Below, piece by piece: positions 1 through 8,293 of a stretch of DNA of 64,000 nucleotides. Where the stretch lies: positions 160,001-224,000 of the forward strand of contig JAZDKB010000019.1 of assembly GCA_043803405.1 (NCBI GenBank), given 5' to 3'. The notes under the pieces were generated by a model. The model was not told the DNA's origin and searched no databases. It saw only the letters and a program-made list of their open reading frames with translations. A program made the translations under genes and the position numbers. Numbering within the stretch: the stretch's first letter is position 1; each line of letters begins with the position of its first letter. The stretch comes from Spirochaetota bacterium (GTDB taxonomy: Bacteria > Spirochaetota > UBA4802 > JAFGDQ01).

Positions 1-625
1 GCAGCGTATTTTTGTTAAAAATTAATGTTCCGGATTTTGTTTTAAGTTCATAAGATACGGGCCTGCCTGCTAAAACCAAACCATTGGGATAGAATGAGAT
101 GTAATCGTTTGAAAATAATATCATCTCCTTTCCGGCCGGAAGATCAATTTTATCTGTTAGAAAACCTTTTTTTATTGATCCGTTTTTATTAAAGAATGTC
201 CGTGTCGGGAAAAATCTTATTCTTTTATTAAATATGCCGGTTTCAATTTCTTTTAAAGGTGTTCCTGAAAGCAATGCACCGTCAGGATAAAATTCAATAC
301 CTGTATTATTCTGAAATTTAATATTTACTCCGCCAACAGGAATACTTGCATCGCCTGCAAGTTTTCCGTCTTTAAAAGGTTTCCCTTTAATGTCATAATA
401 ACGGCCAATAGTATTTTCATAAATTTTAAATTTTACACCATTTATTTCGATTGTTTCAGTTCTGTTTTTATTTATGTATTCTGATAGTTTCTGAAAAGGC
501 ATAATCATTATTAAACAGCAGCCCTCATACCATGTGTACTCACCCGAAGGAGGATGCGCCATAAGCATTTTGCTGCAAAAGCAAAAAGATAATAATATCA
601 TCAAATACCGGATTTTTTTTCTCAT
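1..625 (-). CDS. Secreted hypothetical protein with MORN-variant-like repeats (partial, runs off window start)
   Basis: Manual translation from ATG at 625 (MRKKIRYLMILLSFCF..., signal-like) is open to base 1; repeated FYPDG/FNKNG/FYPNG..G motifs. Confidence 0.6.
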   Translation of the reverse strand, partial: MRKKIRYLMILLSFCFCSKMLMAHPPSGEYTWYEGCCLIMIMPFQKLSEYINKNRTETIEINGVKFKIYENTIGRYYDIKGKPFKDGKLAGDASIPVGGVNIKFQNNTGIEFYPDGALLSGTPLKEIETGIFNKRIRFFPTRTFFNKNGSIKKGFLTDKIDLPAGKEMILFSNDYISFYPNGLVLAGRPVSYELKTKSGTLIFNKNTL

Positions 626-700
626 GGTGACTATTTACTTTAATATATTATATTTAAGAAAGAATTTTGCGGCAAAATTGTTTAGATTGGATTTTTATTC

Positions 701-2185
701 TTAATCTTCTGTCAATCTCTCCTCAACTAAATAAACTCCGTAGTCTTTAACGGCAAGGTAATACAGGCTTTCGGATGAGTAAAAAAATATTTTTCCTATT
801 CCATAGGTATTAATATTATCATACTTATTTCCCTCTTTCCCATCAAGAACGACACACAGCTTGTTGTCTGTTACAGCTTCGTAAGCTGTATGCTTGCTGT
901 CCTGGCTGAAAACAAGTGTGTGTGCAACAATTTTATCATATTGCCTTTCTTCTTTTCCATCAACAACGACAAATTCTTTATTGTTGGATACAGCTGCATA
1001 CGCCACATGTTTGCCGTCCGGGCTGAAAACAGCATCCTTAATAAAATCATAACCTTTTGTTTCATTTTTTCCATCAATGACAACGAAATATTTTTTACCG
1101 GTTTTGCATATATATAATAAATGTTTACTATCCGCGCTGAAAACCGGATTTTCGGGGATGTTATAACACTGCTTTTGCTTTTTTCCATCAATGACTATAA
1201 AATATTTATCAGCTTTTTGAGCCGTAAATGCCAGGTGCCTGCTGTCAGGGCTGAAAATAAAATCCTCGGAAAAATCATACTCGCCTTCCATTTTCCCATT
1301 AACGACTGCACGCCAGTAATCGGCATAGGCAGCTGCATAAACCATACACTTGCTGTCAGGACTGAATACAGGATATCCAATGCCCTGGTATTCTTTTCCC
1401 TCCTGTCCATCGGTGACGACAAAATACTTATTATGTTTTTCAGTCGGGTCAACTACATAAGCCACGCGTTTGCCATCCGGGCTGAAACCAAGAGAGAGTA
1501 TCACAATTTCATTGTATTTTTTCTGCTCTTTTTCATCAACAACTACAAAATATTTATTATTTGCTACAGCTACATAAGCCACATGCCTGCCGTCAGGGCT
1601 GAAAGTAAGATAATTTTGTTTAACTTTAACAATATAATCATACCGTTTTTTTTCTATTCCGTCTACAACTGCAAAATATCTGTTCCCTTCGCGCGCAATA
1701 TATGCCACTGACCTGCTATCCGGGCTAAAAACAAGAGAATATATCTCGACATCACTGTAGTGTTTTTCCTCTTTCCCGTCAATAACTACAAAATATTTAC
1801 TGTCTGCTGCGGCTACATACGCCGTGTGTTTGCTGTCAGGGCTGAAAATAATACCGGAATAAATTTTATCATAGTGTTTCCCTTCTTCTCCATCAACCAC
1901 TGTGCAATACTTATCTCCTGTTAAAGCTTTATATGCTATGTGTCTGCAATCCGGGCTGAGAAACACATTCTCAATAACATTGTATTGTTTTTTCTCCCTG
2001 CCATCGATTAAGATAAACGATCTATTCTTTTTTTCATTTACGGATACATAACGCTCGTTTTCTTTGGCAGTAAAGCTCAAAGGAGAAAACATTTGAGCAA
2101 CAAGAGTTTCTTTTACCTGAATCTTGCCGGTTGCACTGCCAACGGTAAAACTGAAACATATTAACAATAAAAGTAATTTTTTCAT
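701..2185 (-). CDS. Secreted PD40/WD40-like beta-propeller repeat protein
   Basis: Signal peptide; about 10 repeats of FSPDxxHxAYxA..KYFVVxDGKE. Confidence 0.85.
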   Translation of the reverse strand: MKKLLLLLICFSFTVGSATGKIQVKETLVAQMFSPLSFTAKENERYVSVNEKKNRSFILIDGREKKQYNVIENVFLSPDCRHIAYKALTGDKYCTVVDGEEGKHYDKIYSGIIFSPDSKHTAYVAAADSKYFVVIDGKEEKHYSDVEIYSLVFSPDSRSVAYIAREGNRYFAVVDGIEKKRYDYIVKVKQNYLTFSPDGRHVAYVAVANNKYFVVVDEKEQKKYNEIVILSLGFSPDGKRVAYVVDPTEKHNKYFVVTDGQEGKEYQGIGYPVFSPDSKCMVYAAAYADYWRAVVNGKMEGEYDFSEDFIFSPDSRHLAFTAQKADKYFIVIDGKKQKQCYNIPENPVFSADSKHLLYICKTGKKYFVVIDGKNETKGYDFIKDAVFSPDGKHVAYAAVSNNKEFVVVDGKEERQYDKIVAHTLVFSQDSKHTAYEAVTDNKLCVVLDGKEGNKYDNINTYGIGKIFFYSSESLYYLAVKDYGVYLVEERLTED

Positions 2186-2416
2186 TTGAGATTATCTATA
2201 CTATTTGTAAATTTCAGCCGGCTCGGTGCGCTGTTAGATTCTTTTAGGAGTATCTCTTAACTTTTTCAAAGAGAATAAATAAATTTTATCCTCATGAATC
2301 GTGCCGATTCTTCCAATATATTCACATTATTTAGCCCGATTCAAGGAATTAAGTTATATATAATAATAAAACATATTATAGGAGTCAATGCATATTTGTC
2401 TTCTCAATTTTAGTAT

Positions 2417-2650
2417 TTATTTTTGTTCAAACAATATCGCAGCTACGGGACAGGTAGCCACCGCAAGCTGGAAATCGCAGGATTCATCAGGATTCGGGTC
2501 AATTACAATAGCTTCCTTTGGGCGAAGTTCCAGTACCCCGGGCTTAATGATCCAGTCTTTTCTTTCCCTGAGTTCAAAAACCTTTGGACATATTTCAACA
2601 CATAATCCGCATCCGATGCAAAGATCGGTATCAACACTAATAGATGCCAT
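2417..2650 (-). CDS. Single-cluster ferredoxin
   Basis: CIGCGLCVEICP ... CP motif; likely start MASISV at 2650. Confidence 0.85.
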   Translation of the reverse strand: MASISVDTDLCIGCGLCVEICPKVFELRERKDWIIKPGVLELRPKEAIVIDPNPDESCDFQLAVATCPVAAILFEQK

Positions 2651-2672
2651 AATATTCCTCTTTTTATTAAAT

Positions 2673-3689
2673 TTAACCAATCTGCCGGAGCACTGATTTC
2701 ATCTTTCTGTGAGCATCTTTAAAGCTGATCAACCTGCCGGTTTCCTCATCCCAGAGATGAAGCCGCAAAGATTTGAATCCGGTTTTAAGAGTAATTGGTG
2801 GTTTATAATGAAGCTCTGATATCTCGTTATAGCATCTCCGAAGATTGTAACATGGGATCCGTGGATTCATATGATGCAAATTATGATATCCTATATTTCC
2901 GGTAAACCAGCTTAACGCCCCGGGAAGGTTGTAAAATGAAGCCCCTTTTAACGCAGCGCTGATTAAATCCCATTTTTCTCCATGCGCCCAATAGACATCT
3001 TCGAATTGATGCTGTATGTAGAACAGCCATACACCCACTGATGTCGCAATAAATATAACAGGTAACTGGACTGCTATATAATTTTTAATGCCTACGGTAT
3101 AGTGCATTGTAATAACGATAAATACAAGAATGATATCTGTAAATATTATACTGAAATAATCCTTCTTTCTAGTGCTTTTTTGAGGAAACCTGTACACGAT
3201 TACAAATAGAAAAACCGGGGCGATGATAAAAAGAAAAATCGGGTTCCTGAATAATCTGTAAGATAGTCTGACTCTGAAATTCGACGCCTTATATTCATCA
3301 AGCGTCATTGTCCATACATCACCTGTGCCGCGCTTATCTAGATTGGAAACAGTAGCATGATGTATCCCATGATTTCGCTGCCAGTCAAAAAACGGCGTAA
3401 ATGTCAAGACACCGCAGAAAAGACCAAGTATGGTACAGATTTTTTTTGAGTTTATAAAAGATGTATGCGAGCAATCATGAAATATAATAAACGTCCTGAC
3501 ATAAAACCCGACAGCAAAGATCGAAACAACTAATATAATCCAATACGGATATCCTCTCATGAGCATCAGGAACATGATCGCCACTATAGCAAGATAAGGG
3601 ACAAAGGATGTTAATATATAAAACACTGCGCGACGAATATCGTGATTTGCATACGGCTTTAATTTATCAAACCATTCCGGTCTATTCAT
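2673..3689 (-). CDS. Membrane fatty acid (acyl-lipid) desaturase, Bacillus Des-like
   Basis: Three His boxes HDCSH, HGIHH, HNLHH; TM helices. Confidence 0.9.
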   Translation of the reverse strand: MNRPEWFDKLKPYANHDIRRAVFYILTSFVPYLAIVAIMFLMLMRGYPYWIILVVSIFAVGFYVRTFIIFHDCSHTSFINSKKICTILGLFCGVLTFTPFFDWQRNHGIHHATVSNLDKRGTGDVWTMTLDEYKASNFRVRLSYRLFRNPIFLFIIAPVFLFVIVYRFPQKSTRKKDYFSIIFTDIILVFIVITMHYTVGIKNYIAVQLPVIFIATSVGVWLFYIQHQFEDVYWAHGEKWDLISAALKGASFYNLPGALSWFTGNIGYHNLHHMNPRIPCYNLRRCYNEISELHYKPPITLKTGFKSLRLHLWDEETGRLISFKDAHRKMKSVLRQIG

Positions 3690-3849
3690 TATTGTTTATT
3701 CTTAACTGCTAATAAATTAGAATTCGGGTGGCTAAATAATAAATATTATTTTGAAATAAAATGACTGATTTTTCAAGCAAAAATTTATCTGCATGTGCGT
3801 ATTCAATATCTATATATTGCTATGTTGTGTATCGGGACAATAATAATAC

Positions 3850-3914
3850 CCAGCCGACACCATAGGTGGCGGCTGGTACGTAAGTACCAGGGGCTTGCCC
3901 CGGGGAATTTTATT
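3850..3914. repeat. GC-rich REP-like hairpin cluster
   Basis: Hairpins CCAGCCG..CGGCTGG and TGGTAC-GTAA-GTACCA; 23-nt GGCTTGCCCCGGGGAATTTTATT identical to 30628-30650. Confidence 0.6.
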
Positions 3915-4266
3915 CAAAGAGACGTTTCAATGATTTAAGCACCCTGTCCGGTTCAAAGGGTTTTACTATAAAATCTTTGGCGCCCATTGCAAGTGCATCA
4001 AAGACAATCTGCCTCTGGCCAACTGCGCTTACAATAACTATTCGTGCATCAGGAAATTCCGATATCAGGTTATGCAGCGCATCAAGACCGTTCATTTCAG
4101 GCATTGATATATCAAGGGTTACAAAGTCCGGCTTGAATTGTGAATACATCTTAAAGGCTTCTGCTCCATTTGACGCTTCTGCAATTATATCAAAATCATT
4201 CATAAGTATGGTTCTTAAGCGCTGTCTCATAATAGCTGCATCATCAACAATTATTCCTTTGAGCAT
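3910..4266 (-). CDS. cheY: CheY-like single-domain response regulator
   Basis: IVDDAAIMR, LDISMPEMNG, FIVKPF. Confidence 0.85.
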   Translation of the reverse strand: MLKGIIVDDAAIMRQRLRTILMNDFDIIAEASNGAEAFKMYSQFKPDFVTLDISMPEMNGLDALHNLISEFPDARIVIVSAVGQRQIVFDALAMGAKDFIVKPFEPDRVLKSLKRLFE

Positions 4267-4274
4267 GGTTTACC

Positions 4275-4742
4275 TCATTCATTTTCTATCAATGCTATAT
4301 TGATCTCGAGCTCTCCAATTTCGCTTATAAGCGATAATGATACTGTAGGAACCTGAAGAAAGTCCATTACCAGATCGGTTGCTCTGAGCACTGCCGGCGG
4401 TGTCAGGTTGATTCTGTTCTTTTCGCCTGCAAGTATTATGCTTGCCTGGCCTGTTATTATATTTGCGATTTCGCTGACTGCGCTGTTCTCCATCTTTTTT
4501 ACTTCAGCAGGAAGACTGTTTGGTAATAAAGCCTGTGCTAATTTATACGCGAAATCATCATCCATTGAATAAACGACCTGTCCTGTGAGATAACCTGTAA
4601 TTCCAAAAATAATTGATACAGGAAGATTGGGTGCAGGCGAATTTTTCTTTGACAGGGCTTTTCTGGAAAGATGGATTTTCATTTCCTGTTTAAAAACGTT
4701 TACTGCGCTGGTAATGAAAATATTAACAAATTCCGCTTTCAT
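4275..4742 (-). CDS. cheX: CheX family chemotaxis phosphatase
   Basis: MKAEFVNIF start, GITGxLxG, EIANIITG (ExxN), LTPP. Confidence 0.85.
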   Translation of the reverse strand: MKAEFVNIFITSAVNVFKQEMKIHLSRKALSKKNSPAPNLPVSIIFGITGYLTGQVVYSMDDDFAYKLAQALLPNSLPAEVKKMENSAVSEIANIITGQASIILAGEKNRINLTPPAVLRATDLVMDFLQVPTVSLSLISEIGELEINIALIENE

Positions 4743-6868
4743 GCTGTCATTTCCTCCTGTTCCATCTGGTTTATCGGTATTGTGATTGAAAATATTGTTC
4801 CTTTGTTAGGCGATGTCTTAACCTTAATATGACCGTCCATTTTTTTTACTGCATGACGCACTGCAGCAAGACCTACACCGCGGCCTGATATATGACTGAC
4901 TGTCGGAGAAGTAGAAAAATTATCCCTGAATATATAAGACAGCAATTCACTTTCCGTAGGTTTGCTTTTATCTTTAATAAATCCGAGCTGTTTTGCTCTT
5001 TCGGCAATTTTTTTAAACTGAATTCCCTTTCCGTCATCTGAGAAGTGAAACGTAATTTTTTTGTTATTGTTTTCTATTTCTATTTTGATTGATCCGGTCA
5101 GGGGTTTGCCGTGTTTTTTTCTTTCCGGCGGATGATCAATGCCGTGATCAATGCTGTTGCGGATGATATGAGAGAAAGATTCTATTAGTTCTTCAAAATC
5201 ATCAGGCACCACATTTATATTTCCGCCGATTATCCTGACAGGCGCAATGCGTTTGCCGAGCCTTTTTGCAATTTCTTCCGCCATTTTAGGAATTTTGGCA
5301 AACAGGTCCGGCAGCGGTTTCTTTCTGTGCTCATCCATAGCATTTGTCAGTGCAGGGTTAGGGCAGTGAGTTATAATATGATCTTTAATTAAAAGATATT
5401 CTGATTTCGGAATTTCGATAACGTCTACGTCAAGCCGCCAGTTCATTCCGAGTGTATCTGTAACGTCTGCCATTTCTTCGGCAAATGAAGTCATCAGATT
5501 TTCTATCTGTTCTTTGGGGTGAACTTCTTCATCAAGCTCAAATTGGCTGCTTAGAAAATCTTCGAGCATGTGTGCAGATTCGTGCGTTTTTTTGAATCCA
5601 AGAAATCCCGCATTGCCCTTGAGCGTGTGCAGATCGGGCAGCAGGCTTTCAAAGCCTTTTTCTTTATTTTTAAGCTCAGTAAAAAGCGTTTTTGCTTCGC
5701 GGTCAAACACTGCAAAGCTTTGCCTGTTTATAATTACTTTTCGAATCAGGTTCCATTTTTCATTTTCTTTGCGCGATTCTTCCTGCAGTCTAATCTCTTC
5801 AGTAATGTCACTGAGCACAACCATTACTCTATTGCTGTGAACCGCTTTATATACTATGTTGAAAGTCCTGTCTGCAATTTTCAGAGTATTATCGAGGTGG
5901 TCGAAGATAACATCAGGCTTGACAGCGCCTTTAAAACATAAGCTTAAACCTTTTTTAAATTCATTTCTGGTTTCAGGATTATTAAATAGAATTGCATCAA
6001 TTGACTGACCTTCAATTTCCTGGCCGAATATTTTTGCACATTCTCTTGAATATTCAGGACTAATAATAAAATTTGAATCAAAAGACAGAAATCCCTGGCC
6101 CGAAACATCCAGCAGACTTTTCAGAGACGCTGTTCTTTCCTCCACCTTTTCTTTTTCCTTCTTCAGGTCGTCCTGGATTTCTTCAAGGTCAACGAGTAAG
6201 TTAAATTCATTTTTCATGAGCCTGAACCGGACAAAGTTAATGCCAATTGACAGGACAGTAGTCCCACTTAAAAAGAAAAGATTATTAAGAAGTGAAGATA
6301 TTTCGATAGCATTATTATAAGCAAGATTTACGGCGACATACATTAGAATTATTATGGATGAATTGAAAAATGTATGCCTTGCCTTCCACGGCATAAGCAG
6401 GTTTGCGCCGATGATTACGAGATTAAGACCCGCATAATAACTGGAACTAAACCCTCCAAGGTCCGCGGTCATAAGACAAATGACCCCGCCTACATGAAAT
6501 GATAAAAAATAACCGTGCAGATATGACAACAAGCTTGGCTTTGTTTTGTATATAATGATAATTTGAATGATCGCGATAAGTGTTGATACAGCTCTGTAAA
6601 TTGCGAATCTTGACAGCAGAACTGCAGGCATAAGAATAATGTCAAGAATGAAGAATAGTGGAACAAGAACCGATGCCATTCCTACGAGAGTTCTAAGCCA
6701 GTCATGCATTATTGCCAGATGATAAGCATAAAAATCTCTTGATTCAATTGCGCTTAAAACCCATTCGTCTCTGGCTTCTTTTTTGCCGAGTTTAAGCTTT
6801 TCTTTTAAAAATGTTTTATTTTGCTTTTCCAAAACTCTAACCCTTGATAAAGGACTTTTCGTTCGCAT
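4739..6868 (-). CDS. Membrane-anchored CheA-like histidine kinase (multi-TM sensor, PAS-like, HPt, HATPase; no CheW domain)
   Basis: About 5-6 N-terminal TM helices; LHTLKG HPt motif; HIIRNSIDHG, DDGKGI, FST, GRGVGL boxes; ends right after the ATPase domain. Confidence 0.85.
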   Translation of the reverse strand: MRTKSPLSRVRVLEKQNKTFLKEKLKLGKKEARDEWVLSAIESRDFYAYHLAIMHDWLRTLVGMASVLVPLFFILDIILMPAVLLSRFAIYRAVSTLIAIIQIIIIYKTKPSLLSYLHGYFLSFHVGGVICLMTADLGGFSSSYYAGLNLVIIGANLLMPWKARHTFFNSSIIILMYVAVNLAYNNAIEISSLLNNLFFLSGTTVLSIGINFVRFRLMKNEFNLLVDLEEIQDDLKKEKEKVEERTASLKSLLDVSGQGFLSFDSNFIISPEYSRECAKIFGQEIEGQSIDAILFNNPETRNEFKKGLSLCFKGAVKPDVIFDHLDNTLKIADRTFNIVYKAVHSNRVMVVLSDITEEIRLQEESRKENEKWNLIRKVIINRQSFAVFDREAKTLFTELKNKEKGFESLLPDLHTLKGNAGFLGFKKTHESAHMLEDFLSSQFELDEEVHPKEQIENLMTSFAEEMADVTDTLGMNWRLDVDVIEIPKSEYLLIKDHIITHCPNPALTNAMDEHRKKPLPDLFAKIPKMAEEIAKRLGKRIAPVRIIGGNINVVPDDFEELIESFSHIIRNSIDHGIDHPPERKKHGKPLTGSIKIEIENNNKKITFHFSDDGKGIQFKKIAERAKQLGFIKDKSKPTESELLSYIFRDNFSTSPTVSHISGRGVGLAAVRHAVKKMDGHIKVKTSPNKGTIFSITIPINQMEQEEMTA

Positions 6869-7049
6869 TCTGACAAAATGTCATCGCAGGTTAAAAAAGA
6901 AGTATGGAAAGAAAATGCAGTACTTGTGAAAAGTATAAATCTTATAACAAAAAATATAACCCAGGAAGATGAAAAATTCAAATATTTTTTTAATTATTAA
7001 AATAATAAAACAGGATTTCAAATTGTGAATTATTCACCAAGAACTAATT

Positions 7050-7100
7050 AAAAAAAAATCAGGAACCCCGGGGGTAGTATGCAACAGCAGGGTTCCTGAT
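7050..7100 (-). terminator. Intrinsic terminator with a large loop
   Basis: 11-bp IR ATCAGGAACCC (7058-7068)/GGGTTCCTGAT (7090-7100) followed on the minus strand by a U-run (A-run 7050-7058). Confidence 0.7.
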
Positions 7101-7184
7101 CAGTATAACACCAAAGGGTAGTACGGAATTACTTCGCAGCTACCGCCGCCGTGCTCTTAGTCATCGGCCGCAGACATCTTTTGT

Positions 7185-7475
7185 CTAGCCGATGTAACCA
7201 GTCATTTGAATTATGTCAGACTCCTTGTTATTATGGTAATTGTTAATTTTCACTTTGTTGGCGTGCCCCTTGCTGTCACAGTCCAACCTGTCAAACTCGC
7301 TTGTCTTTGCGTTGCGATCAATGCCCTTACTACTCTCGCTTTTGCCCATCATAATGCTGTTGCTGTTTATTTTATTGATGTTAATGCTCATTTTAAGGCA
7401 ATCGCGGACAACCAGAGTGATATCCACAGACAATTTTAAGATTTTAAATATTATTTTACTAATATAAGAGAACAT
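7185..7475 (-). CDS. Small hypothetical protein (96 aa)
   Basis: GGAGG Shine-Dalgarno just upstream of ATG at 7475; no recognised domain. Confidence 0.45.
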   Translation of the reverse strand: MFSYISKIIFKILKLSVDITLVVRDCLKMSININKINSNSIMMGKSESSKGIDRNAKTSEFDRLDCDSKGHANKVKINNYHNNKESDIIQMTGYIG

Positions 7476-7807
7476 ATTTCCTCCGTTAGGAATTTTTCTT
7501 ATGCGAACAATGCACATGCGGGTGCAAAAATTCCTTTTAGTTAGTGTTTTAAAACATATTCTCTAATGAGTTGTTATTTAAGAGGGCGGCATGTATTGTT
7601 TAAGTCGGTTAATGGCGTATTAGGGGAAGTACTTAAATGCGCTTAAAAGAAAGCTGTACGCCAGTTTATGATAACATTTTAATACATGCCGCTTTAAATC
7701 CCCAGGGGAATGCACTAGAAATGCGTATTGACTAGTAAATATTGTCGGCAAAACACATTTCAAAATAAAGCGATTAAATTAAAAACATTAAAATTATTCT
7801 AAAATAA

Positions 7808-8284
7808 TCAAAATCCTGTCAATTTATTTTTTATTTTTTTTCTGTGCTCATCTAGTTTGCTTAAAAAGAATTCAGGAACAGGAACAGGCTTTCTGTTTAT
7901 CCTGTCAAAGCACACAATGCCTGTCTGCACCCTTGCGATCTCTTTTGAATCGCTAACGCGCACAAGCTGAAAGAATGCTTCAAAATCGTTATTCTGATAA
8001 TCTCCCACAGTGACTTTTGCGTTTATAATATCGCCGTGAAAGCCCTCAGCTTTGTATACAATAACAGCGTTCCTCATTACTACGGAAACATTATTGCCCC
8101 CGCTGATGTCGAAGTCGCTGAGTCCCATGCTGTACAAAAAACGTATGCGCGCTTCATTAGTCAGCCGCAGTATCGCGTCATTGGATAAATGATTTCCGTA
8201 ATTGATATCCCCGAAAACAATGGCGATCTCGGTTTCAAAATCGAATTTTTCAGGCAGGTTTATCTTAACATAGTTCATAAACAA
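7808..8284 (-). CDS. Acyl-CoA thioesterase (4HBT hotdog fold)
   Basis: DINYGNHLSN..L....EAR motif. Confidence 0.8.
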   Translation of the reverse strand: MFMNYVKINLPEKFDFETEIAIVFGDINYGNHLSNDAILRLTNEARIRFLYSMGLSDFDISGGNNVSVVMRNAVIVYKAEGFHGDIINAKVTVGDYQNNDFEAFFQLVRVSDSKEIARVQTGIVCFDRINRKPVPVPEFFLSKLDEHRKKIKNKLTGF

Positions 8285-8293
8285 ATCTCTCTC

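Noticed and set aside
701..2185. Periodic GGGCTGAAAA-type nucleotide repeats
   Set aside because: Explained by the FSPD protein repeats of the beta-propeller
7110..7200. c-di-GMP or other known riboswitch
   Set aside because: The characteristic GCAAA/GAAA tetraloop-receptor pattern was not found; kept only as an unknown structured RNA
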